32,000 nucleotides of DNA from Faecalibaculum rodentium (GTDB lineage Bacteria; Bacillota_I; Bacilli_A; Erysipelotrichales; Erysipelotrichaceae). The position numbers and the translations under genes are program-made. Positions 1 to 7,284 of the stretch are shown here, piece by piece (the stretch's first letter is position 1; the number at the start of each line of letters is the position of its first letter). The DNA lies in assembly GCF_001564455.1 (NCBI RefSeq), contig NZ_CP011391.1, positions 2,370,001-2,402,000 of the forward strand, given 5' to 3'. The notes under the pieces were generated by a model. It saw nothing but the letters and a program-made list of their open reading frames with translations, was not told where the DNA came from and ran no database searches.

Positions 1-219
1 ATGGAGTACACGATTCCCGTCCATGCGCAAAAGGCACTGAAAGAAACCATCCAGGGCTACATGAATCATCCCGACCGGCACTTTGCCAACGGGCGAACCA
101 TGCGCACCTGGCTGGAAAACGCCATCAGCCGGCAGGCCGGACGGCTCATGAATGTGGAGAATCCGAGTCTGTCGGACCTGACGGAACTGACCCTCGAGGA
201 CTTCCCGCCGCTTTCCTGA
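1..219 (+). CDS. C-terminal fragment of an AAA+ ATPase (SpoVK/CbbX-like); 5' end lies outside the window
   Basis: The ORF enters from the window edge and stops at 217-219. The tail ...HFANGRTMRTWLENAISRQAGRL... resembles the C-terminal lid of SpoVK/CbbX-type AAA+ proteins. Recognised by eye only. Confidence 0.45.
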   Translation: MEYTIPVHAQKALKETIQGYMNHPDRHFANGRTMRTWLENAISRQAGRLMNVENPSLSDLTELTLEDFPPLS

Positions 220-303
220 GGTCCCCAAAGCCTCCTTTTCCACGAAATGATCCCGGAAACATAGTCCGCCCGCGGATTCATGCCACAGGCTTTCCATTCA
301 GAT

Positions 304-347
304 TTGAAAAGGGAGAGCATCTCCACCAGGTGCTCTCCCTTCTTGTC
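304..347. terminator. Bidirectional rho-independent terminator between convergent genes
   Basis: Stem GGGAGAGCA (311-319) pairs with TGCTCTCCC (331-339) around an 11-nt loop. It is flanked by TTGAAAA on the left and TTCTTGTC on the right. Confidence 0.55.
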
Positions 348-415
348 TGCAGTCCTCCAGGGTCTCCAGCTGACCGCGCCGGCATTTCCTCAACACCGCG
401 GCCATGACAGTCTGC

Positions 416-886
416 TCAGTCCTGCTCCTGCAGTTTCTTCCGCCGGTGCATCGCAGCCCGGATCCGGCTCGTCAGGCCGAAGACCGTGCCCATGATCAGG
501 ATCGCCAGGGCAAGGGCCCCGGAAATGGACAGGATCTCAATGAGCTTGCCGATGGCACCGCTCTGTCGCCCCTGCACGATTTCGCCCATGAGATACAGCA
601 TCAGCCGCCCCGGCACAAAGGGCATCAGCACACTGGGCAGATACGTCGTCACAGGTGTGTGGCAGATCCGGGCAAATACCTCCGACAGACCCGCAAACAC
701 CAGTCCACTGATGAAGGTACACGTGATTTCATTGGCCCCGTTCACCCGGCAGATGCTCCCGGCAACCGAGGCACTGCCCGCAATGACACCGGACCAGACA
801 ATGTTCCAGCGGCGGACATCGAAGAACACCGAATACATGGACGCCGCCAGGAATGCGCCGGCCGCGGATACCAGAATCGTGTTCAT
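416..886 (-). CDS. Threonine/serine exporter family protein, ThrE_2 (DUF3815-like) half
   Basis: 156-aa polytopic membrane protein (MNTILVSAAGAFLAASMYSVFFDV...). ATG 884-886 overlaps the stop of the upstream partner (ATGA at 883-886). The 291-aa ORF-track version is an out-of-context extension. Confidence 0.8.
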   Translation of the reverse strand: MNTILVSAAGAFLAASMYSVFFDVRRWNIVWSGVIAGSASVAGSICRVNGANEITCTFISGLVFAGLSEVFARICHTPVTTYLPSVLMPFVPGRLMLYLMGEIVQGRQSGAIGKLIEILSISGALALAILIMGTVFGLTSRIRAAMHRRKKLQEQD

Positions 887-1638
887 GCGCCCACCATCAT
901 CGCCGTCAGGCACCCCAGTGCAATGGCGATCGCCACCAGAAAGGCCTCCGTCGTGCCGGCCAGACCCGAGAGATAGTCTCCCGAAATCGTGTCGCGGATA
1001 CCGTTGGTGATGGCCAGTCCCGGCACCAGCAGGGCAATCGCAGCCACGACCGCCGATCCGACATCCAGTTCCGGAATCAGGTACTCCTGCACCATCATGG
1101 GCAGCCACGTGCAGAGAAACCCCGAAATCAGCGTGGCCAGCAGACCGTTGATGAATGTCTTCTGCAGCAGCCCGTCCACCAGCCAGATGATGAGGCCGAT
1201 CCCGAAAGCCGCCACAAGGCCCTGCAGACTGGCACCATCCATCATGCCGAATCCCACGGAACAGAATCCGCCTGCCAGGGCGATCACCCACCAGGGATAG
1301 CCCTTCTGGGCATCGATTTTGTCCAGTGCCCGTTCCATCTGACTCAGGGTCATGGCGGATGCATGCCGGGAGAGGCTGTTGATTTCATCCACCTTCGAGA
1401 GATCCGTGTCATAGTGCTGCACCCGGACCACACGGGTGATGATCCGTTCGTGTGCCTTGAAGGAAAACATGACACCGGTCCGTGTCACGAAGGCCTCGGG
1501 CTGTGCCACACCGGGAAAACTCAGGCAGATGCGGTTCATGGTGTCCTCCACGCGGTAGATTTCCGCCCCACTCTCCAGCAGGATCAGCCCTGCGCGCATG
1601 ACCACGGACGCCAGCCGGTTACTTTCCTGAAGATCCAA
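883..1638 (-). CDS. Threonine/serine exporter family protein, ThrE (DUF1212-like) half
   Basis: ...RAGLILLESGAEIYRVEDTMNRI... followed by TM helices. Start placed at TTG 1638, with GAGGAG 9 nt upstream. The alternative ATG at 1599 has no SD. Confidence 0.75.
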   Translation of the reverse strand: MDLQESNRLASVVMRAGLILLESGAEIYRVEDTMNRICLSFPGVAQPEAFVTRTGVMFSFKAHERIITRVVRVQHYDTDLSKVDEINSLSRHASAMTLSQMERALDKIDAQKGYPWWVIALAGGFCSVGFGMMDGASLQGLVAAFGIGLIIWLVDGLLQKTFINGLLATLISGFLCTWLPMMVQEYLIPELDVGSAVVAAIALLVPGLAITNGIRDTISGDYLSGLAGTTEAFLVAIAIALGCLTAMMVGA

Positions 1639-2116
1639 GGCGTCCCGCTCCTCTCTCGCTGGCGATATCCTGCAGGTCTTCGAACCGCAGCTCCTGCACC
1701 TCCGGTTCGGGCACCGGAAGCAGAATGGCCTGACACAGTGCCTTTTCATAGGGATACAGAAGGAAGGACTCCGCTTCCTTCAGATCCAGGGCTTTTTGGG
1801 CCTGTTCCTTGATAATCCGCAGCGGTTTTTCATTCAGGTTCGTCACCGGACACAGGTATTCCCCGCGGTATCCGGAGTCAATGACCCCGGAGCGCTGCGC
1901 AATCCCCTTCGTTCCCGTGGACCCCCGTTCCTTGAGAATCATTACATAGCCCGGATCGAAGGCACTCGCGATCCCCATAGGCACCATGCGGGTTTCCATG
2001 GGCCCGATTTCCAGCCAGTCTTCCTCGAAGCAGGGATACAGGTCATACCCCGCATCTTCCCGCCGCTTTGAAGGGATCCGAGCCCCGTCCTTCACTTTCG
2101 CCCAATACAGTTTCAT
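1619..2116 (-). CDS. dut: dUTP diphosphatase (trimeric dUTPase)
   Basis: Motifs AGYDLY, GVIDSGYRGE and C-terminal RGAGRLGSSG. AAGGAG RBS lies before ATG 2116. The longer ORF-track start at 2209 lacks an RBS. Confidence 0.85.
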   Translation of the reverse strand: MKLYWAKVKDGARIPSKRREDAGYDLYPCFEEDWLEIGPMETRMVPMGIASAFDPGYVMILKERGSTGTKGIAQRSGVIDSGYRGEYLCPVTNLNEKPLRIIKEQAQKALDLKEAESFLLYPYEKALCQAILLPVPEPEVQELRFEDLQDIASERGAGRLGSSGK

Positions 2117-2187
2117 CTCTCCATCTCCTTTGCTGCTCACCAAACACGGACCAGTCCATGATCTGTCCAGCCCTGTGCCGCTTCTGT

Positions 2188-2223
2188 CAAAAACAGCCGG
2201 AGGCTGCATGAGCGGCCACCGGC
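2188..2223 (-). terminator. Probable rho-independent terminator downstream of the glycosylase gene
   Basis: GCCGGAGGC (2196-2204) pairs with GCCACCGGC (2215-2223) with one A.A mismatch. TGTTTTTG follows on the minus strand. Confidence 0.55.
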
Positions 2224-2291
2224 TTAAAACCTGTCCGGCTTTCTGACATCAGAGTACGCCACAAGACAGGCAGCTGTCACTGCTTCTGGAA

Positions 2292-2840
2292 TCAGTACCA
2301 GTTCTCCGGCACTTCCTGGGCCCGATCCAGGGCCCTGGCATACAGCGGTACCAGTTCATCCAGGTGTTCGTACATGAAATCCGCTCCCGAGGGAGAAGGC
2401 ACGTAGCAGACCTGGACATCCGCCGGGAAGTTCCAGTTCTCCCGGTCGATTTCGTGTTCGGCCATCCTTGATACACAGATGAGTTTTTTGATCGTGGGAT
2501 GCTCCTTCAGGAACCCCGCCATGTCATTGTACACTTCATCCGTTGTCGTATCCTGCTGAGACAGATGCCGTTTGCAGGATTTCAGCACAGACCAGATGGC
2601 GATTTTGTTTGCCTTGCACAGAGCCGTGCGTTCTTCGCTGGTCTCCGCCGGCATTTTGTAAATCGCGGCCATGACCTTCCAGAAATGATTGCCGGTATCC
2701 GCAAAGTAGAATTTGCGTGCTTCGGAATCGAAACTGGGCATGGTCATCAGAAACAGATATTCGCTGTCTTCAAACACCAGTGGCGGCAGAGCCGTGTAGG
2801 TCTGAAGATCGGATGTATCCCCGAATCCCGGGAGCTGCAT
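2292..2840 (-). CDS. UDG-superfamily DNA glycosylase (resembles family-6 DNA-deoxyinosine/hypoxanthine glycosylases)
   Basis: ...LFLMTMPSFDSEARKFYFADTGNHFWKVM... and ...CYVPSPSG... resemble UDG-fold motifs. AGGAGG RBS lies before ATG 2840. Confidence 0.6.
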   Translation of the reverse strand: MQLPGFGDTSDLQTYTALPPLVFEDSEYLFLMTMPSFDSEARKFYFADTGNHFWKVMAAIYKMPAETSEERTALCKANKIAIWSVLKSCKRHLSQQDTTTDEVYNDMAGFLKEHPTIKKLICVSRMAEHEIDRENWNFPADVQVCYVPSPSGADFMYEHLDELVPLYARALDRAQEVPENWY

Positions 2841-2926
2841 AAGGGTTCCTCCTTGTCGTATGCAATGCCGGTTTCTGTGCCGCCCTGCGCAGGCAGCCCG
2901 TACAGGCACAGACCGGCTGTGTTTTG

Positions 2927-2954
2927 AAAAAACGACCGGGGATGTCCCGGTCGT
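2927..2954 (-). terminator. Strong rho-independent terminator closing the small-protein array
   Basis: Minus strand reads ACGACCGGG-acatc-CCCGGTCGT followed by TTTTTTC. It lies 12 nt after the stop at 2966. Confidence 0.85.
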
Positions 2955-2965
2955 CTTGATCTGTC

Positions 2966-3229
2966 TTATTTCAGAGCTGCAAGGGCTTTTTCGACGATGG
3001 CGATTTTCTCGTCCTCGGCTGTGGCCTTCGCCTCTTCCCCGGCATCTTTGTGGATGCGGGCATAAGCTTTCAGGACACCGAGTTTCTCATCGAGACGGTC
3101 CTTCATGTCCTGGCCGTACTTTTTGTCTGCATCGCCGAAATCAGCGGCTGCCTCTTCGACAATTGCATCGCCATAGGGAGTTCCCCCAACGGCTTCCTTC
3201 AGTGCGCGTACCAGTTCATCTTTGGTCAT
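2966..3229 (-). CDS. Small helical protein, array copy 6 (subtype 'KAYARI'), family unrecognised
   Basis: 87 aa, MTKDELVRALKEAVGGTPYG...KYGQDMKDRLDEKLGVLKAYARI... AGGAGG RBS. Paralogous to five neighbouring ORFs. Confidence 0.8.
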   Translation of the reverse strand: MTKDELVRALKEAVGGTPYGDAIVEEAAADFGDADKKYGQDMKDRLDEKLGVLKAYARIHKDAGEEAKATAEDEKIAIVEKALAALK

Positions 3230-3268
3230 ATCGACACCTCCTGCCTTGCGTGTTTGAATGAAGAGATC

Positions 3269-3544
3269 TTACTGCAGAGCAGCAGCGGCCTTCTTCACGA
3301 TGGCCAGCTTGTCAGCTTCAGCAGCGGACTTTGCTTCTTCGCCCATCTGAGCGTCGCGGTTCATGTAGTACTCCAGGAATCCCAGACGGTCGTGCAGACG
3401 GTCCAGTGCGTCCTGGCCATACTTCTTGTCAGCATCGTCGTAAGTGGCTTCCAGAGCAGCGATCAGCTCTTTGCCATAAGCGGAATCACCGACAGCAGCT
3501 TCCAGCTTTGCAACCATTTCGGCCTTGGTCATTTTGTTTTCCAT
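3269..3544 (-). CDS. Small helical protein, array copy 5 (subtype 'LEYYM'), family unrecognised
   Basis: 91 aa if started at MENKMTKAEM... (ATG 3544). AAGAGG sits 9 nt upstream, the same spacing as in the other copies. The ORF-track start at 3625 has no support. Confidence 0.75.
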   Translation of the reverse strand: MENKMTKAEMVAKLEAAVGDSAYGKELIAALEATYDDADKKYGQDALDRLHDRLGFLEYYMNRDAQMGEEAKSAAEADKLAIVKKAAAALQ

Positions 3545-3641
3545 GATATTTTTACCTCTTTTATTTTGTTTCTGTTTTAAACAGGGAAGATCCGGCTCCG
3601 GTCTGGAACCGGATCTGATTGACATGATTTCTTAAGAGATC

Positions 3642-3905
3642 TTACTGCAGGGCAGCAGCGGCCTTCTTCACGATGGCCAGTTTGTCAGCTTCAGCAGCAG
3701 ACTTTGCTTCTTCGCCCATTTCAGCATCGCGCTTCATGTAGTACTCCAGGAAGCCCAGACGGTCGTGCAGACGGTCCAGAGCGTCCTGGCCATACTTCTT
3801 GTCGGCATCATCGAATGTGGCTTCCAGAGCAGCGATCAGCTCTTTGCCATATGCAGTATCACCAATAGCCGGTGTCAGTTTTGCGATCATTTCATCTTTT
3901 GTCAT
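3642..3905 (-). CDS. Small helical protein, array copy 4 (chimeric: N-terminus like copies 2/3, remainder like copy 5)
   Basis: 87 aa, with an AAGAGG RBS in the 32-nt spacer. Confidence 0.8.
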   Translation of the reverse strand: MTKDEMIAKLTPAIGDTAYGKELIAALEATFDDADKKYGQDALDRLHDRLGFLEYYMKRDAEMGEEAKSAAEADKLAIVKKAAAALQ

Positions 3906-3937
3906 GATATATTGCCTCTTTTTCTGTCTTCGAATTC

Positions 3938-4201
3938 TTACTTCAGAGCAGCCTGTGCTTTTTCCAGTACAGCTACCTTGTCTGCTTCAGCAGCAGCCTT
4001 GGCATCTTCGCCCATGGCAGCGTGCTTCTTTTCCCAGCCCTTCAGGAAGCCCAGACGGTCGTCGATGCGGTCCAGCGCATCCTGTCCGTACTTCTTGTCA
4101 GCATCGTCAAATGTGTCAGCCAGGACTTCGATCAGAGCCTTGCCGTATGCAGTATCACCGATAGCCGGTGTCAGTTTTGCGATCATTTCATCTTTTGTCA
4201 T
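3938..4201 (-). CDS. Small helical protein, array copy 3 (subtype 'LKGWEKKH')
   Basis: 87 aa. The protein is identical to copy 2. AAGAGG RBS. Confidence 0.8.
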   Translation of the reverse strand: MTKDEMIAKLTPAIGDTAYGKALIEVLADTFDDADKKYGQDALDRIDDRLGFLKGWEKKHAAMGEDAKAAAEADKVAVLEKAQAALK

Positions 4202-4233
4202 GATATATTGCCTCTTTTTCTGTCTTCGAATTC

Positions 4234-4497
4234 TTACTTCAGAGCAGCCTGTGCTTTTTCCAGGACAGCTACCTTGTCTGCTTCAGCAGCAGCCTTGGCA
4301 TCTTCGCCCATGGCAGCGTGCTTCTTTTCCCAGCCCTTCAGGAAGCCCAGACGGTCGTCGATGCGGTCCAGCGCATCCTGTCCGTACTTCTTGTCAGCGT
4401 CGTCAAATGTGTCAGCCAGGACTTCGATCAGAGCCTTGCCATATGCAGTATCGCCGATAGCCGGTGTCAGTTTTGCAATCATTTCATCTTTTGTCAT
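4234..4497 (-). CDS. Small helical protein, array copy 2 (subtype 'LKGWEKKH')
   Basis: 87 aa. The protein is identical to copy 3. GAGG RBS. Confidence 0.8.
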   Translation of the reverse strand: MTKDEMIAKLTPAIGDTAYGKALIEVLADTFDDADKKYGQDALDRIDDRLGFLKGWEKKHAAMGEDAKAAAEADKVAVLEKAQAALK

Positions 4498-4548
4498 TGT
4501 ATGTACCTCGTTTATATTCTCAATAATACGGATTTTCGTTCCGTACCG

Positions 4549-4812
4549 TTATTCAATTGCCTTCAGAGCTTTGTCGATGATCGCGATCTTATCCTCATCC
4601 GCGGTCTCGCGGGCCTCTTTTCCGAATGTCTTGTCGATCCGGGCATAGGCTTTCAGGATAGCCAGACGTAAGTCGAGACGGTCTTTCATGTCCCATCCAT
4701 ACTTGTGTTCACTGTCGCCGAATGTCTTTTCAGCTTCTTCGATCAGTTCCTTGCCGTAGGGGGTATCACCGACTGCAGCTGTCAGCTTGCTTACCAGTTC
4801 TTCTTTAGTCAT
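4549..4812 (-). CDS. Small helical protein, array copy 1 (subtype 'KAYARI')
   Basis: 87 aa, MTKEELVSKLTAAVGDTPYGKELIEEAEKTFGD... AAGGAGG RBS. It starts 39 nt after the rimO stop. Confidence 0.8.
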   Translation of the reverse strand: MTKEELVSKLTAAVGDTPYGKELIEEAEKTFGDSEHKYGWDMKDRLDLRLAILKAYARIDKTFGKEARETADEDKIAIIDKALKAIE

Positions 4813-4851
4813 AGAATCTTCGACCTCCTTAGTCGTCAGCAGGACCCCGGC

Positions 4852-6141
4852 TTATTCAGCCAGCACTCCCGCGACATCATATGGCCTTGCTTCGTCAATG
4901 CGTACATTCACGAAGGTGCCAGGTTCGATTTCCCTGGGACTCGTGAAGATCACCTGACCGTCCGCTTCGTCCGGCGCATCCGCTCTGGATCTGCCTCTGT
5001 AGCGCCCTGTCAGGGCTTCCCGTTCTTCCACCAGGACCTCGACCACTTGTCCGATCTTCTTTTGGTTGCTTTCCAGCGAGATCTGTTCCTGGACCTGCAT
5101 CAGCTGATCCAGGCGCCGTTGAGCCGTCTGCTCATCCACTTCAGGGCTCATGGACCAGGCCGGTGTATCTTCTTCTCTGGAGTAAGTGAAGGCACCAAAC
5201 CGGTCCCAGCGGACCTCTTTGACAAAGTCGAGCAGCTCCTGAAATTCCTCTTCAGTTTCGGTTGGAAAGCCGACAATTGCTGTCGTCCGCAGAGTTGCCT
5301 CCGGAAACATCTCGCGGATCCTGCTCACCAGTGCCAGAACGTCTTCCTTCGTACCCCGGCGATTCATCAGCTTCAGAAGCCGGTTGCTCGCATGCTGCAT
5401 GGGGATATCGAAGTAAGGAAGCACTTTGCTGCTCTCTTTCATGGCCTGAAGCACCTCTTCGGTGATTTCGTCGGGATACATATACAGGATGCGGATCCAG
5501 CGAATCCCTTCGATCCGGTCCACCTCACGGATGAGGTCGGCCAGCATCAGCCGTCCGTAGTTGTCCAGACCATATTTCGTGGTGTCCTGGGCAATCAGAG
5601 TGACTTCTTGAACACCATGTTCAGCCAGGGCCTCGATCTCTTCCCTGACCTCACTTAGAAGTTTACTCGTCTGATTTCCCCTTATCAAAGGAATTGCACA
5701 GTAAGTGCAGCGATTCGAGCACCCATCGCTTATCTTCACGTAAGCGCTCCAGGGATTGCCGCTCAAAGCCCTTTCTGACTTCGAAAAGCTTCCATTTCCT
5801 GCGTCTTTGAGCACCTCCTGCAGTTTTTCGGCCAGTTCTCCATAGTCCCGGATGGGAATTACCGCATCGATTTCCGGGATCTCCGAGCGCAGGGTCTCCT
5901 CATAGCGCTGAGCCAGGCACCCGGTGACGATCAGTTTTGACGCATACTGGCTCATTTCAAAGATGGTATTGATTGATTCTTCCTTTGCGGGCTGGATAAA
6001 CCCGCAGGTATTGATGACGATGGCGTCTGCCTGCCGGGGATCGCCGACGATTTCATGCCCGTTTTCCCGCAGGACGCCCATGATCTGCTCACTATCCACC
6101 AGATTCTTGCAGCAGCCCAGGGATACAAATCCGACCTTCAT
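4852..6141 (-). CDS. rimO: Ribosomal protein uS12 methylthiotransferase RimO (radical SAM MTTase)
   Basis: N-terminal MKVGFVSLGCCKNLVDSE, radical-SAM CSNRCTYC and a C-terminal TRAM-like region. Typical length of 429 aa. Confidence 0.93.
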   Translation of the reverse strand: MKVGFVSLGCCKNLVDSEQIMGVLRENGHEIVGDPRQADAIVINTCGFIQPAKEESINTIFEMSQYASKLIVTGCLAQRYEETLRSEIPEIDAVIPIRDYGELAEKLQEVLKDAGNGSFSKSERALSGNPWSAYVKISDGCSNRCTYCAIPLIRGNQTSKLLSEVREEIEALAEHGVQEVTLIAQDTTKYGLDNYGRLMLADLIREVDRIEGIRWIRILYMYPDEITEEVLQAMKESSKVLPYFDIPMQHASNRLLKLMNRRGTKEDVLALVSRIREMFPEATLRTTAIVGFPTETEEEFQELLDFVKEVRWDRFGAFTYSREEDTPAWSMSPEVDEQTAQRRLDQLMQVQEQISLESNQKKIGQVVEVLVEEREALTGRYRGRSRADAPDEADGQVIFTSPREIEPGTFVNVRIDEARPYDVAGVLAE

Positions 6142-7139
6142 GCCTGTGTTCCTCCGTCGTTTCTTTTTTCTTTGCCATTGTCCGCAGCCGCAGATGCCTG
6201 TTCGCCAAACTGCGTGGGGCGGTAAATCATGCGGTTGTCCAGCGCAAACACCCTGGGACCGAAATGACCGGGAGCCGTTGCGTCCATGGACTGCTTCATC
6301 ATGAACATCCGGGCATCCAGATCGTCCACCAGACTCAGCATCTCCGCTTCGGGGATCATGGGCATCACCGGGGACCCGAATTCAAGCTTCCCGTGGTGGG
6401 AGAGCACCATGTGCTTGAGCAGCATCCGCTGTTCCTTGTCCTCTTCGCCAGCATGTCCGGTTCGTACCGCCGCTTCGTCGATCCAGCCCGCAGTCATGGA
6501 AATGTGACCCACCAGATTGCCTTCGCTGGTGTATTCTGCCAGCATCGGCGCGGAGAGTTCCTCGGTTTTCCCCAGATCATGCAGCAGGATCCCCGCCATG
6601 AGCAGGTCCCGGTCCAGGAACGGGTACAGCGGCAGGAGGGCATCGGCGGCTTTCGCCATGGACAGCGTGTGCCAGGCCAGTCCCCCGACGTAGTTGTGGT
6701 GGTTTTTGGTGGCGGCAGGCCAGGTCAGAAACGCCTTGCGCCTCTGGTCGATGAGATCGCACGTGATATCGCGGCAGACCCCCGGGTTCATGGACTCCAG
6801 CAGCCTGCTCAGCATGCGATCCATGGTATCCCGGTCAGCCGGCGCCTCGCGGACAAATTCCAGAATGTCCGCATCCGGCACCACATCCAGGTGACGCACC
6901 CGCAGCTGCACGGCATTCCGGTGCAGGATGATGTCACCCGAGGCTTCCACCACCTGGCCGGCTTTGTACTGCCGGGTCTGTTCCTCGGTCAGGTTCCAGA
7001 ACTTGGCATCCAGCTGTCCGGTCTTGTCCTCCAGTGTGAGGGAAAGATAGGGCGTGCCTTTGCCTGTGCGCCCTGTATCGCATTTGGTAATGAGGGCCCG
7101 AAGCCGGGCCCTACCTTCCTGATTCAGATCCTTGATCAT
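6138..7139 (-). CDS. yhaM: 3'-5' exoribonuclease YhaM-like (OB fold + HD domain)
   Basis: MIKDLNQEG...YLSLTLEDKTGQLDAKFWN (OB fold) and ...LLHDLGK...HHGKLEFGSP (HD domain). GGAAAGGA RBS before ATG 7139. The stop overlaps the rimO ATG (ATGA, 6138-6141). Confidence 0.85.
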   Translation of the reverse strand: MIKDLNQEGRARLRALITKCDTGRTGKGTPYLSLTLEDKTGQLDAKFWNLTEEQTRQYKAGQVVEASGDIILHRNAVQLRVRHLDVVPDADILEFVREAPADRDTMDRMLSRLLESMNPGVCRDITCDLIDQRRKAFLTWPAATKNHHNYVGGLAWHTLSMAKAADALLPLYPFLDRDLLMAGILLHDLGKTEELSAPMLAEYTSEGNLVGHISMTAGWIDEAAVRTGHAGEEDKEQRMLLKHMVLSHHGKLEFGSPVMPMIPEAEMLSLVDDLDARMFMMKQSMDATAPGHFGPRVFALDNRMIYRPTQFGEQASAAADNGKEKRNDGGTQA

Positions 7140-7284
7140 GTTTCGTTCCTTTCCGGCAGCTGACTGCAGCTGCCTGTATCGTGACCGGCAATCCTCACGG
7201 ATCCCGGATTGTTTCTTCCACAAAGTCCCTGCCAGCCTCCAGCTGTTTCGCTGCACATCTGCCTTTGGCCAATGACTGGCACTG

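Larger units (their letters stand above)
3906..4497. repeat. Two head-to-tail 296-bp units (gene + 32-nt spacer)
   Basis: Units 3906-4201 and 4202-4497 align without gaps. I found five mismatches by hand alignment, and the spacers are identical. Confidence 0.9.

Noticed and set aside
3642-3905. Array proteins as acyl carrier proteins (four-helix size, central G-Q-D-A-L-D resembling G-x-D-S-L-D).
   Set aside because: The phosphopantetheine-attachment Ser is Ala or Met in all six copies, and no ACP-dependent enzymes are nearby.
2966-4812. Array interpreted as CRISPR or another noncoding repeat.
   Set aside because: The units are ~296 bp. Each holds an intact ORF with an RBS. The near-identical pair differs only by synonymous changes. 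No short repeat/spacer organisation is present.
2292-4812. Array proteins as Ugi-like acidic inhibitors of the adjacent UDG-family enzyme.
   Set aside because: By my count for copy 4 the net charge is only about -5. The proteins are predicted all-helical, unlike Ugi. A strong terminator separates the array from the glycosylase gene. No positive evidence exists.
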